The notes beneath the pieces are model-generated. The model ran no database searches. It worked only from the letters and a program-made list of their open reading frames with translations, and was not told the DNA's origin. A stretch of DNA of 64,000 nt from assembly GCA_976551045.1 (NCBI GenBank), contig CDPCPM010000037.1, positions 20,088,001-20,152,000 of the forward strand. The letters are read 5' to 3'. Source of the DNA: Glaucostegus cemiculus. Its lineage: Eukaryota. The translations under genes and the position numbers were made by a program. Positions 1 to 14,064 of this stretch are shown piece after piece (positions within the stretch are counted from its first letter, which is position 1; the number at the start of each line of letters is the position of its first letter).

Positions 1-327
1 CAAGATAATCAGAGGGACAAGCAAAGTATTTTCCTCAAAATGTAAAGTCTAGAATGAGGGGCATGGCCTCTGGATAAGGGATCAGCCATTTAGGACTGAG
101 ATGAGGAGGAATGTCTTTATGGAAAAGGCCACAAATCTTTGAAATTCTTAACTTCAAGGGGATGGCAGATGCTCAGTCATTGAGTACGTTCAAGACAGAT
201 CAATAGATTAGACACTAAAGTAATCAGGGCATATGGCAACTGAATGGAAAAATGGTCTTGAGGCACAGGATCAACCATGACATGAAATAGCAAAACAGGC
301 TTGAAGTGCCTTATGGGCTAATTCTTA
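1..327 (+). mobile_element. Old CR1 LINE 3' fragment (end of ORF2 plus 3' UTR), truncated by the window edge
   Basis: Decayed match to the CR1 C-terminal SRTRGH..L.IRG..FRTEMRRNFF region (tctagaatgaggggcatggcctc...tttaggactgagatgaggaggaat), followed by a 3' UTR-like tract. Confidence 0.7.
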
Positions 328-335
328 TAAATGAT

Positions 336-600
336 TGAGAAGGCTGGGGTTTTCTATTGTAAAAAAGACTAGGAAGAAACCTGCCAGACATTTTTAAAAT
401 CATGAAGAGTTTCCATTGGGTTGCAGGGAAAGACATTCCACTTGTGGGAATAAGGGTTACAAATATAACAAAGAACATAATGAATCAAATAAAGTTAGGA
501 GGAATCAGTTTATACAGGGATTGCCGCGAATATAGAACACACTGGGATGTGATTGGCTGGTAGAGATTTAAGAAGAGATGATGCCGACATGAAGAAAAAG
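336..600 (+). mobile_element. Second, highly decayed CR1 3' fragment
   Basis: gagaaggctgggg...tttaaaatcatgaagagttt...aagggttacaaatataa...aggaggaatcagtttatacaggg follows the order of CR1 ORF2 C-terminal motifs. Confidence 0.5.
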
Positions 601-1611
601 CAGAGACAGGCACATGGAGGCTGCATGGAAAGTGGTAATCAGGTGAAATTCAATGCTATAAACTCTATTACTCTACATTAAAACCATGGGGTCAGGTACT
701 TCTGCTGGAAGCTTAAACCTCGGCCTCGAGAGATATGAAGCAATAAATAAGGAAACTGTTCTGAAATATACTATAAAGCTACCAAATTTATGCAATCAAC
801 AATGTACCCAGCAAATTAAGCTAGTGCAGTAGTGGGATTTTTGCCAAGAATATTGCTTTATATGTTTGGGTTAACATCGCACTACAGCACATTTAATGAA
901 TGAGCTCTTTCAACATCACTAATATTGTTCAATAATTCAAGAGGCCACTTACATTCAACTCTATTTTGTAACTTTATTTAGATTCACTATTTATAAAGAA
1001 CTATTTAAAATATATAAACAAGGAGTCAATAAACTGAAGGCTTAATAACGAAAAGATACAAATTTGTATTTGAAGAAGAAAGAAATAATTTCAAAGGTTC
1101 TCTATTGTCAAAATAATGTAAGTGTAATTCATGAGGACACTGGCAATGAAAATGACTTTAAGATAGATGATGGATGGTCCTCATGGATACATAAAATGCA
1201 GCCTCAATAGTCTGCTGCTGGCATCTTGACAGTAATATGCCTTTTGTGACTTGAACAATATCATCATATACTAACTGAGCTTGCCAAATCTGCATTGGTA
1301 TTTTTCTTAACATGGTAAAGAAAGTTAAATTTTCCATTTTGATACTGCTTGCACAGAATTAGGAAGCCCCTACCAGGAAACTGTGCCCTCAATATTACAG
1401 GAGCAGGTTTCACAGCAATGAAGTTTTAATTTCACAGCGCAAGTCAAGTTTTTAAATAACAGTCTGCACTTCAGAAGTCAGATTGATTGACAAACTTGGT
1501 TTCCAGTCAACTATGAAGATTCCAGAGCAGATCAGTGCCGTGGGGTTCAGAAACTGCAGCTACTACTATGAACATTGAATAAGGAGAGGTTGAATGGTGG
1601 TACGTGGAAGT

Positions 1612-1665
1612 AACACAGAACGGTATAGCACAGAACAAACCCTTCGGCCCACAATGTTGTGCCCT
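1612..1665 (-). mobile_element. CR1 3' tail fragment
   Basis: tatagcacagaacaaacccttcggcccac is the reverse complement of the tail gtgggccgaagggcctgttttgtgctgta seen at 26146-26173. Confidence 0.7.
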
Positions 1666-3995
1666 CAGAGATTAAAATACATACCTAAATATCTAAAGCC
1701 AAAGAAACTGTTTCACACCCCAAATTCCAAAGCAATCTACCCATCAATTTCATGCTTTTACTCTGCACAGAATGCAGCAGTTTGTGCATTTCCTGATTTG
1801 TTTGTTTGACATTTTCTGATAATATTCACTTTGTCAAGCTATTAATTCGTATCTATTTACTAAAAATTTATGGGTTCCATTTTAATAATGGTTGGGTTAA
1901 AGAATTCTGTCTGTATTCCATGTTTAAGAAACTTCCCCTAATTTTCCCTTAATTTAGCCAAGAAAACTAACAGATCCATAAATTGTTTTGCATCACAAAA
2001 TTTGCACTAAAAAAGTAACAGAAGTGTACTTGTCAAAAATTCAATTGTGACAATGGCCCACAAGGTGCACAGGCCACACATGTAGAAGCAGCCCTTGATA
2101 TATTTTCTACATGAATGTAAATTTCGTATGAGCACAAGTATCTACAACAGCTGAGCAAGTGGAAGAATTTAGGTAGATAGATGGTTGAGAGGGAGGGGTA
2201 AAAAAAGGAAATATAATATCACAATTGAGAGGGGCAGAAAATGGGTGCAGGGAGCTTAAACTGAGAATGAGGAACGAGACTTCAAGGGTTACAGTGGAGA
2301 GTTGGGCTGTAGTGGTCACAGATTGGCTCCTCGGTATGCTTGCAAGCAGGACATGGCTCAGGCTATGGGCCCCCAAGGTAGACTGATCGGTGGTTGCAAG
2401 CATTGGATGTCACTTCCACCTCGGAAGCAGGCCTCGCATTTATTGTGAAAGCCTACTTCTGCATGAGTGCTCCATACCATCTGTGGTTCAAGTGTATGCA
2501 ACTGGATTTCATACAAGTGACATCCAAACATAAATTGTATGCCCTTAGAATCTTCTGCACTTTAAGTTGCATCCATCACATAACAAGTCATATGCTGAAA
2601 GGGCACAGGAGCAATCTTCTGTTGTTTTCTAACAAAACTTTTCCTTGTGTATCTGAACTTTGTGTTTTGTGACATAATTTCCAGACTTTACAGTTTGCAG
2701 AAGAGTGACATTAATGTTAAGGATGAAAATAACTGAATTTCTTATTCACTAAATTTCTGAAAATATACATTTAACTACAGTTTCAATGACTGGTTTCAAA
2801 AATTTGTATTTGTGCCTAACCTTTGAGTAGCATTAATCCTCTTCTGACTGAAAAATGAAAGCTGATGTATATTTCCTGTATAAAAATTAGGTTTATTTGT
2901 TTGTGAAATTTCATAATTAAGTTAACAATTATAAAACTTTAAAGTTGTCTGGACATATGTAAACCAGCTCAGATCTGGTGTTAAAAGCAGGACCATTTTG
3001 TTTTCATATTAGAACCGGTACTCAGTCTATGTAAATTTCTTTTAATTTTATAGTATTAATGATAGTAAAAGCCCACATTTAAAATGTTATAAAAAATAAT
3101 ACAGACATGACAAAACAGTTAGTACATATAACTCATTCTCCCAATAGAAACTTCTGATATACTAATTGCCTCTTGAATAATAAGATTTTCCATTAGTGTG
3201 AACAAATGCTTCCTGCATTAGACTTTTAACTTCCCTTTTCTCAGATTGCTTCCATAATTCCTTGCATTGTAAGCACGGCTTAGCATAAAACAGAGCTCTG
3301 AATTAATAATTTCTTTTCCACCTCTACACACAAGGTCTTTCAAGATTTCCTTTCATCCATGAAGTACCAAGCTTTCTCGCCTTTTCAACATACTTCATTT
3401 AACTCGTAATTGTCACACAACTTAAATATAAGTGGGCACAGAATTGTGTGAAATGCATCTCCAATATCTGTTTCTGGCAGAGACTAATCTAGCTAACAAG
3501 ACAAAGTTGAGGAATAAAAACGCAAACCCATTTTGTAAGATAATCTCTAGTCACTTTGATTTATTCCCAATTAGACTTCTTCCATCAGACAATATTTCCA
3601 TGCAACCATCATTAAAAATTGGAAATGATTGTACAAGGTCAATTAATAATTCCAGTCGATAGCAAGCATAGTATAATTGGTAATAACTTCAAGAACCACA
3701 GTCCGCAGCAGGATTCAACCCACTGGATTTTGAGCATATATCATTTACTTGTAAGAGCAATAGCAATATATAGTTAAAAAAGATTGGTTGGAACAACATT
3801 TCAGGAGTGTCATATCACTGTGCAGAACAGATACTGGTGTGAATCTTGTAGCTTAGTGCCTATTGCTAATTTATCACATCAGCTGGGTTATCAAGAAAAT
3901 CTCGTGCAGAGGGCAAGAGTAAATTCAAGAGGGAACATTATGGTAATTTGACTTTACTTCAAGCATGGGCTTGTTTGAAACTTGACACTTATTTA

Positions 3996-4268
3996 CACAA
4001 TACAGGCATTCAGCCTACAGAGTCTATGACAGCTCATAACAGAGCAATCCCATCAGCCCCATTCACCCACTTCTTATTTCCCTTCTTATTTCTTTGTACC
4101 CCTGCAACATAATTCTCTCTCACATACTCAACTCCTCTGAGATTTTTGTCATTTACCTACACTAAGGGGTAATTTAGAGAGCCAATTAATCTACCAGGAA
4201 ATTGAAGCACCAGCTGCATGAGAAAACGTGCAAATGTGCAAACTCCACACAGACACCACCCAAAGTCA
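3996..4268 (-). mobile_element. tRNA-derived V-SINE (HE1-like), 5'-truncated
   Basis: Shares tgcaaactccacacagaca and ccaattaatctacc with the copies at 15366-15669 and 41715-42064. Confidence 0.7.
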
Positions 4269-7200
4269 TTATGGCACCACCATCTGGCCCCATCAATACA
4301 AGGATATGGATGATTCAATGTAGGCAACAGACAGGAGCAGGGAGAGAGTCAAGGATTGTGCTATTAAGTACTCACGGTAATGGGCTGCTAGGAATCAGGC
4401 ACAAATATGTTTCAAATTCAACTTGGACCAGAAATATAGGGAGAAGGCAACTTCCACACAACCTTGGTAGATTTATTCTCAGAACTCAGCTGTATCTCAC
4501 CAATCAGCCGTCTACCTAAAACTGGCATGAAATGCCAGCTAACTGCAGGTGGGACTGCTGTTGGTGGCAAAAAGATAAATGACTGGGAATGGGTTTTGTA
4601 AGGATTGCTTGGGAGTGAGGAGGGTGAATAGGGGATGGTGGCAAAAAGCACAAGCTGGGACGGTACTCCTCTTGGCCCATGAGGAAAGTTTAAAAAAAAC
4701 TCTAATTTAAAAGGTTTCAGAACACTTTAAACAGGGGGCTATGGTGATTGCTTAAGGGAATGGGAAACTTTCTTTCTCCTGACCCCCAAAAGTTCAGTAG
4801 AAATCTTATTTTAAGTAACTTCTGCTGGCTCAGATCCCCTTCCTGTGTCCTATCTGGTGAGAGAGGTAACTGCTAAAATTACATTCAAGGATCCATGACA
4901 TCACACAGACTGCAATCTGCATATTTAAAGAATTACAATGACTGTTTCTGGCAGGTGACCTTGATGCCTCCTCAAAATAGGAGTTTAAAAAAGAGCAGGA
5001 TTTTATCTGTCTGATTTCAGCAAGGTTTAAATCACCGTTCCAATCTACCTCGTTAGGAAATTCTATATAATCCTAGAAGACTAATTTTTAAAGAATTTAT
5101 AAACAGGAACCATAGGTTTGATGGACAACCACATGGGATGTACCCCTCATAAATTATCCAGCAGCATATTTTTGCAGGAAATGTGCTCTTACATTGTGGT
5201 TTCTTTATCTTTTGTTGGTTAATAATTTGACAAGCAGTCCTGTAAAAGAATAACAGGAAAGCTTGAGGAGGTAATGTTACAAAGTTCGCAACTCACCAGA
5301 AGCATTCATACATTACAAATGCAGAATACCTCTGGGTTCATTTATAGCTAAGCCATCATCTTATTAAAGTAGATGAATCATTCTTGCAGAAGAGCTAAAC
5401 CCTGCCTAATTCCTCTCAGGCACAGAAGAAAACCCACAACCGGAAAGCTGTGTTGCTCGCAAGTGAACAGGCACCATGCCAAATTCTGAGCTGCAGGTTT
5501 TTTTCTACTTCCAACTGACTTGAAACACCTCCCTCCACTTCTTCCTCCCACTCTAGCTTGCAATATTAATTTTAATTGAGCTGGGCTAAGTCAGAGGCCT
5601 GCTGTGAAGTTTTCATGAGAATCCTAATAGAAAGTGGTGCAAAACAACCTTCAAACTTATTTGCTCCATAACACTCCTCCTTCTTTTGCCCATATGCATA
5701 GCCTAACACTACAAGTCAGACTCCAGTGGAAGCTAAATGCCACTTTAACATACAGAAGCCTTTAGTATGCTAGGTGTGTGTGGGTATTCTCCATAGTGCA
5801 TGTTGCTCTGAGGAAACTCTAGCTGCAAATTACCCCGAGCCCGAAGAACTGGAGACTGCACTCATGAAAGAAAATCTATCACTTCCAGAATGCCTTATGG
5901 ACTCCTGCGCTCTGCTAGTACCCATAGACTCTGACAGAAGCTGATAAATTGAAATAGCATTTAGTCCATGTCTTAAGAGACCCTCTAATGACATAGGGCA
6001 TCTCTCCAATGAAAGCTCATCATGATATTAGAACAATTAAGTACTGGCAATGTTATAATACACTACAGTTATCCATTTATTTGGCATGATAAACAAAGCA
6101 TGTAGATCATTAATGAATCTGTCATGCATTATGGTCCACCAACTATGTTCTCCATACTGTTTATTTATTGATGCAGAAACAGTTTTGCAAAATTTGCCCT
6201 TTTATCAGCACAGTTCTACTCCAGCACCAAAAGTAAAAGCATGATGTTTTTGTCATATATTTTTCTAAGATAGAAATATATCTTAGTTCTCTAATTCCAT
6301 TTTGAAATGCACAACATTAAAATGTATGTAAAATCAACTCTGTGCACACATTTGTTATTGAAAATGTGACTGCCCTGTGGAAGCTACAAAATATTTATTT
6401 TACATTCAAGAAATCCTCAGAATTAATCCAATTATTTTATTATTTTTCTTTGTCTTCATTTTCTTGTTAAAAATGGTATTGTATATGAAATATACATACT
6501 CTTCTCAGTGTTTTATTGCTCTTGCTGTCTGAAAAATACGTTACCGACTGCAGGGGCTAGACTTGTAACAGTTTCATTTTGTATTCATCCCCAGACATGC
6601 TGACAACATAAAGTGATTTCCTTGGCGTGGCCTTAATATCAATGGTTGCAGTTGCTAATTCCTTCACTGTACTAGCTACAATGTCCCTCAGGGGTGGTCC
6701 AACCTTTTCACTGACTCGGCACCCTGGGATTAAGTTGGTTTATCCCTCTGAGAGGCAGCACGAGCAAGCCTTCATGCTTGCAGAAGAGCTGGCATTGCCA
6801 TGGTAACTCTGCTTCTCTCTGCAGCACAACCAATGAGATGCTCCGAAGAACTAACAGTGAAAGATGTCCTTGGCTGTCAGACTAGGCCTCGGGTCTTTCC
6901 TCCGTGATGATTTTCATTCTGGATTACTGACCTCCCACTTCAAGTTTTCCACTGAGATATGACTAGTCATATAATGGGTAACGCTCACACTAAGCTCATA
7001 GCCTGCCAGCCACAATAACTCAGACAAGACACAGCAAGCAGTGAATGGAAGAAAATACATTAAACCCAGTACAGTGTCTTCAATCTTTTTATTCCTAAAT
7101 CATAAATAAATTCAGTTAATTACAATAAACAGCTTGCCACATTTCTCAATTTGCTGCTTTCTAAAGTCAAATCTTTTTTTCAGATTTTATAAATGAGGGC

Positions 7201-9309
7201 CATATTGCTGGATTTGCTATCTCCGCTATGGTAAAGCCTGAGCTATATTTTATCCTTAAGCTGGAGAGGCAGATAGGCAATTTGTACTCTACTGCCAATC
7301 ATGCCTCCTGAAGGGCAAGCAGGAGCAGTGCAAATTACTCATCTGATTATTTTCCCTAGTCCCTTATGGGGAATTGCATCGGCCAAAAAACTTGAAAAGT
7401 TGTTCACGGCTTGTGAAGGATGGAACCATCCCACTGTTCTGTGACTTCATCCTAAATCTAGTGGGTAGAGTCATTTTAAATATTCAGATGGATGCCCTGT
7501 GTCTGTAACCTTTTGCCCTTTTCCAGCACAAAATATGGTGTTATGCTGAGGTTTTGGAAGGGCATGAGGACTGACTGGATCTATTGGAAAGAGCACTTCC
7601 TGCAGGAACTCCTTAACCTCTCACCCCAAGAATGCACTCCGATCCTATGGTTGCAGGGGGAATCCACTGGACATAACCTCAATGCAGATTGCAATCAATG
7701 CAGATCACATTCATAAAGCAGCTTGGAAATCGTCTGCTCCTATCACGTCTAAATTTTGTTGTTTCTTTAAAAAACTGGAACTCTGTCTAACTAAGTTCCT
7801 CCTCTGCAACATGGGAATGAAATTGGTTTATACAAGAGCTCAAAATAAGCTCAGTTTTGATACTGTGCCTAATTTCCTTATGGATTTAAATCATGATGAC
7901 AAATATAGGATTCTGAACCAATGGAAGGAAGTAAAACAGCAGATTCAGAACCTCAGTAATATAATTTAATGAATGGACTATAGATCCCTTTTTCTTCCCC
8001 CGGCAACTTTTGTATAATTAAAATAAACAGTGTGTATACTTAAAACACAGTGCTCAGAAAACAAAGCCATTGTATGTGACAGGTATCCATTAAATTTATT
8101 GCTCTCTGCTGGCTTTTGACTGTTATCCTCTGGTCTTTTCAGTACTTCTTTTACTTTGAATTCTGCTTCAAAATCTTCTCATTTATTGAAATGCACTAAT
8201 GCCAGGTTTGATCTGAGGCTCCAGGCAGATTTTGCTCATACCCCCTCATCCTTTCTTAGACTACCATGTGATTTTAAGCAAGATGTTCATACAGGCTTTT
8301 ATCAAGGTTCATCAACTTCCAGCACAATATAATGTGACAACAGTACAGCTTTAAAGCAAGCTGAATAACATTTTGCTGAGTCTGGGTGTTCTTGCTAAAG
8401 AATGGATGGTAAAGAAATCTAATCCCACTGGCCCATAGTTCTATATGTTGCTGCTTCCAACACACAGTTTCGCTATGCTGCAAAACATTTTGTTAGTACA
8501 TTGAAAATGAAAGTGTCAGAAATCTGTTCTTCCTGCAAGTTCTTTTGGAGCTAGCCACGATAATAGCAGGAATGAAGCCACAACACTTCGTCTTATATTA
8601 TCAACTAATTTCACATGACAAATCAGAGCTGATCTGTTCTGAGAAAATGCCACTAACCTTAAAGTGCAACTGCTTTTCTTTCTTCCTTAAATGCAGAGTC
8701 TTTAAAACACTTTTTTATTTCAGACTTATAGGGAAAATTTCTTGTGATTGAAGCCTCGCTTGAAAGATGCAAAAATTGGAAAACTGGGTTGGATCAGCGG
8801 ATCTTCCAAGTAATCAACCTTGACTGACATTCGGCTTCATATCAATGTGTTTAGCAATTCGGGATGCTAATAATTTTTGATGAAATCATGAGAGCTGATC
8901 TTCGACCCAGTTTGACCAAATTTGCTTCAACAACCCTCCCTCCCCCAGAAAAGAAAGAAAATACAAACCATGGTATATAGCGTGATGTGACCCTTAATTA
9001 CACTACATTAACAAAAGCAATGCCCAACGCTGTAGGCAATGAATTCCAATTTAGTCTATTTAAAAAATTCTCAACTGTTAATCTTAACCTGACCATCTGA
9101 GAAAGAATTGCTATGTCAGTTCAATGGCTTTCCATAGTTGCATTTGTATAGCCATCAAAGCTATGCAAGTACTTATCCACTCATGTTGATATTGGAACTA
9201 TACATAATGCGATTAAACATTTGAACATTATGATAAATGTGTGTTTTTTCTACCACAGGTTTCTTGGACCCAGAGACAACCTTCTGTGTGACATAATTAG
9301 TAGAGCAAC

Positions 9310-9590
9310 CCACATTCAGTCCTGACCTCTGGTGGATTATGCATGTTTTCCCTCAGGTGTTCTGGTTTCCTCTCAAACCCAAAAGACATGCCGTAGGTAG
9401 ATTAATTGGCTGTAAGTTGCAAATATGTAGGTGAATGGTAGAATCTAGGGTGAGTTGATGAAAAGGTGACGGGGGGGGGGGGGGGGGGGAGGTGTGAAGA
9501 ATAAGTTACATAAAAATTAGTGCTGGAATAGGATTGCTCTGTGAGCCAGCATAGATTGGATGTAATGAAACAGCCTCCTTATCTGTCAAG
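9310..9590 (+). mobile_element. V-SINE (HE1-like), decayed, with an internal G19 run at 9471-9489
   Basis: caggtgttctggtttcctctcaaacccaaaagacatgc...ggtagattaattggctgtaagttgc matches the V-domain core. Confidence 0.65.
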
Positions 9591-11251
9591 AGAAAACATG
9601 GAAGCAAGTTTCTAAACTACTGTAGGATTTGCCTTTACTACTGCAGCATGGTGCCTGCTGGAACTTTATCAATTGATGTAACAGAGACATTTCTAATTTC
9701 ATAAATGGGAGAAAACAGTGCCCTTAGGCAGCTACAACCACGCTCTTCAGAGACCCCAGCAGTAAAATATTAAACATACCTCTCTTAAAAGAGAAGCATA
9801 ATAAAAATGTAATAAAGACATATCTTGAAACTCAACCCTGACAGGTGCCGCAATGTGCAAATATTAGACTACAAATTGTCTCCAAAGTTCATTCCCTTCA
9901 TTTCATTGAAAGGAATTTTGGAGGCAGAGTAGAATGCACTGATACAAATGTATAGCTTGATTTATGGGTGAATTTCGAGCAACAATACTTCCTTTACTTT
10001 CAAACATGTTAAGTCAATGCCAATATATAAATCAGCCAAGTTTTGCAGCACCATTTGGTAAACTTGCCCTGCATCCTTCAGCACATTGAAGTATGCACTA
10101 CATATGAATGGAAACATCAGGACAACAGATCAGGGGTCTGTGGGTTGTACTCGCATGTCACAGACCTCTTGATTTTTATTGCCACCACCAAACTTTTTAA
10201 TTCAAAAGTAGGGGAGATGCTACTTTTTTTCTTTTTACACTCAAACAGTGCAACCCCGCTCCTCACCCAACCCCACTTTGGGGCATCTGACAATTTCAAT
10301 GATGTTCTTTGTGTGATGTATTTCAATGTGAAATGAACATAAACATTCCACAACAGACACAAAATGCTACTTAAGTATGATTTATGTATTAAAAAAAGAA
10401 TGCAAATGGGTCCAATTTCTAAGAGTAAATCTCCTTAATTGGATGATTAGTAGAAATATATTAGAGGAGTCAATGACAAATCAAGTACAGAAAGATGAAC
10501 ATAAGGAAACATTTGATTCAGAAAAAAAGTTCTAAAAAATTACAATTTGATATCATTAAAATTTGCAATAACCATACATTACACCATAAGGAGTTGAACT
10601 CCACATATATTAATCAATCTCCATTGCCAGAGAAGTTAATTAGCTGTATTTACCAATTATCATTGTTAAAAGGTTGCATATGCTTATGATGGCACCACTT
10701 AATTTTCTGTGGCAAGCTGATTAATGGGCCACCACTCACCAGCTTTTTACCTGGTATAATGGCTACACTGCATGCCACTTAGCAGAGCTCTATCCACCCT
10801 GCTGAGGTCACAGAGTTTAGAAATTTCTTCCTCCGTGAAACCTGGACAATGCTCATCTCATTGACATTTGCAGGTCACATGCATGCACTGATGAGGGAAT
10901 GTTAATGGAATACACCTTAAAAACTGCTTTTCAACTTCATATGTAACACTGATACCCAAATTGTCGTTATTGCTAAGAAATCTGGGAATAAGAATTTCCC
11001 CACTGCAAATTTTACCATTGCACATTTCATGATCACACAAAATTATGAAACTTAAGTGCATAGAATGCTACTCTATAGTATCAAATCCAACAAATTATTC
11101 TGAAAATATCCTAATGCTATAAATGTAATCAAATCCTTTTAAGTGAAGTTTGAATAGCTTTGTTTCAACAAGGTTTCCAATAGCAGCACCCATTTTTTGA
11201 AATAACCAGTTCAATTTTTTTTATGGCAGTTGAATGTGTGCATGCCATTAC

Positions 11252-11355
11252 TAGAGTCATGAAATTATACAGCACGGAAACAGGGTCCGTACCTTTCATA
11301 ACACAGAAACATGGCTCAGCCCAATTTGTCCACGCCAACCAAGGTGCCTTCCTGA
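11252..11355 (-). mobile_element. CR1 3' tail fragment(s)
   Basis: tatacagcacggaaacagg...cagcccaatttgtccacgccaaccaaggtgcc is the reverse complement of a CR1 3' UTR end like 30835-30890. Confidence 0.6.
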
Positions 11356-11516
11356 ATTACTAAATCTTCAGATTTGAATTCCCTAAAGGGCATTACTGCA
11401 AATTCATTCTTACAAACAAAAACAAACTAAGGCCAATACAATGGAGATGCTAGGCAGAGATCAAACACGTTCTTTCAGTCAATAAAACTGCATTTGATAT
11501 CTTTAGAATTGGTATC

Positions 11517-12545
11517 AGGCAATCCCTCAGGGTTGAGGATGACTTGCTTCCACTTCAGTTTTGTGAATTCTGAAATGACTGAACAAGCCACTGTTGGCAC
11601 TGCAGGCCCTTCCACAGATGGAGCATGATGTGGTGGGCTGGAGGGTAATTGGTGATCCTGTGTGCAGGGATCCTGTGTTCCCAATGCATGAAATTCTCAA
11701 TCCCCATCCTTCTTCATCTCAAGTGGTCTTGGGCCACGGATTTCCAAGAGTCAGTGGTGAACTTGCATTTCTTCAAGGAAGATTTGAGCATATCCTTCAT
11801 CTTCCAACTGTCCAGTATTCCCTTCCTGTGACAGAGCCCAGAATAGAATGTCTGTTTTGGGTATCTGGTGTCAGGCACACCCAATGCAGTCAACTGGATA
11901 TAATTAGAGCCTCAAAATTAGAAATATTAGCCTGAAAAAGAACACTGATGTTGGGTTGCTTATCCAGTGAATTTGGAGGATTTTGTGGAGATGATGTTGG
12001 TAGCAGCTTTAAGCTGTCTGCTCTAGGTAGTCCAGGCCTCATAGGCATGTAGGGGGGGCAGAGGACACTGCTGCACTTTGGACTGCAAATTTGTTGCCAG
12101 GTCCACAGTTTTGATCCTCAAACACTCATTGCCCCAATCAACCAAATGTTGTGCTGGTTCATTGAAGGTAGTGGTTAATTTCAACATCAATGTCTGCCTT
12201 TGCTCACAGGTAGCTCTTGAGACATGAGAAGTTGTCCACATTTTTCAGGGTATAAGAGTAAGCCACTATTGTCAGTGGTACGTGAAGTACAGGAGAGGCA
12301 AGTTGGTTGAGGCCATTTTCTTGCAGATGTTGAGTATAAGGCCATTCCCCTCATATGCTTCAGTGAATAAATCAACAAGCCGTGAGGTGTGAACTTTGCT
12401 AAACTGTGCTTCTACATGTGAGAGGCACGTGTTGCTAAGGCCTGAGTTGTGAGTAGGGATGAAAAATATCTGGGACAAAGATTGGTAATCCAATTTGCCA
12501 ATGTTTCATTTACAGTCATTGCCTCATCAGCTGCCCATATCTCAG
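11517..12545 (-). mobile_element. RTE-clade LINE, decayed 3' ~1 kb (late RT to the C-terminal C2H2 region)
   Basis: Minus-strand translation VDLFTEAYEGNGLILNICKK resembles the post-YADD segment of RTE; the 3' end gtggaagcaagtcatcctcaaccctgagggattgcct resembles the ends at 19660-19703, 23660-23695 and 53090. Confidence 0.75.
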
Positions 12546-13904
12546 ATCAGTAATCAAACCACAAATAAGTCTTTATAGCCTCTTTTTGGTTGAATAAGCA
12601 AGCAGACGTTACTGCTTTCAAGAAGTTCTTTCACAACCATCACTGATTCATCGATAGATAAGTTTTCTCAAGCTGTAGCTTCTGTGCTCTCTTAGACTGA
12701 GCCAAAGAAACCATTTATCCTGGCCGATTTTCATATCCCTGCTGGATCACCTGCTCCATTAGTTTTCCTAATTCCTTCTTTGAGCCAGCTTCTCCATAAT
12801 CTACTTCCCTCTCTCCTTCAGTAAGTACAACATTTCTCACAATGTAAGGATGCCAACTATTGGGATAATTCTCATGTTATGTATGAAGACACTATGTAAT
12901 AACATTTCACTTTTCCTATGCTTATTACATTTGACACATTTAATCATCCCACCCAATTTGATCTTCATTGAAATCAATAGAAATTTGGAAAAGCTACTTT
13001 AATGACACTGTGCCATTCCTGCCTGATTTTCCTCTATTTCCTGCATCTAGTGAGGCAGCAAAACAGCAGATTACCAAAGCAATGCTGTGTTTGAAGTGAC
13101 CAGAAAATGCAACACAGTCAAAATCATTTTCTGCCTCTGCATCTTCTCCCTTTGGGGAGGCACTATCTACATACTGAGGTCTTTTGGAAGCTAATCACTT
13201 TTGATTTGGGAAAGTTAATCTCCAGTTTACAGAGGGCATGAAAATAATTTTTTGTTTGCCTTCGGAAATTACTAGATTACGGAAGTCAGAAAAAAGTATC
13301 AGCAAACACATGGTTTCTTTTTTTTATTTTTCAATACGTGACATTTGTTGATGGGTTTTCCCATGATATTGGGTGCTGTATTCTAGTTGATAAATAAACT
13401 ATATGCTGTCCAAGGACTCAACAAAGGGATGTCCATGGATTAGACATGATCCGAGTGGAATAAGGAACCCACTCTTTCTTAACCTGACACTTTCTTTCCA
13501 TCTTGAATGTTGCTTCTGATTTAGACAGTTTCCCTTCTACCACAGATATGTAGGACACTCAGAGATGGGGAGCAGAATGGAGGGTATGGTTTAGTTATTT
13601 GCTCTTGCTAGTCCTGCTGTACATAGAGTCCCGGGTAGATATTAGATCCTGCCAAAAATATTAATATCAAGATCAATAAAGTAATCCCAACCATTCCCCA
13701 ACTAAGACCCAGAGAGAGCTAGAGACCCTGTTCCTTTCTTGGTGTCACTCAGACTAAAGTGGATCAAAAGAAATCTCATTGATTGCTGGATCACTGTCAC
13801 CAATGCAACAGCCATGAGATTCCTCACTGCCAGTGGCATGGGAAAAGACCAGAAAGAGGGTGGCCAAAGGTTAGCCAGTTTGGTGAGCAGTAAGCTTTTC
13901 TGCC

Positions 13905-14064
13905 AGACACAAGAGACTGCACATATTGAAGTCTGGAGCAACACACAGAGTGCCGAAGGAACTCGGGATGTCCAGATGAAGGGTCTCGACCCAAAATATA
14001 GACTGTCCATTTCCCTCCACAGATGCTGCCTGATGCAGAGTTCTTCAGTGCTCTGTGTGTAGCT
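13905..14064. mobile_element. Short Penelope-type terminal-repeat element with imperfect inverted arms and a decayed hammerhead motif (+ strand, 13968-14005)
   Basis: Arms gcaacacacagagtgccgaaggaactc (13938-13964) and gagttcttcagtgctctgtgtgtagct (14038-14064) are imperfect inverted repeats; core gtc-CAGATGA-agggtctcgaccc-AAA-atat-a-gactg. Confidence 0.65.

Noticed and set aside
6545-6790. Protein-looking minus-strand frame (VSEKVGPPLRDIVASTVKELATATIDIKATPRKSLY)
   Set aside because: Bounded by stops, with no start or acceptor at its 5' end and no recognised homology
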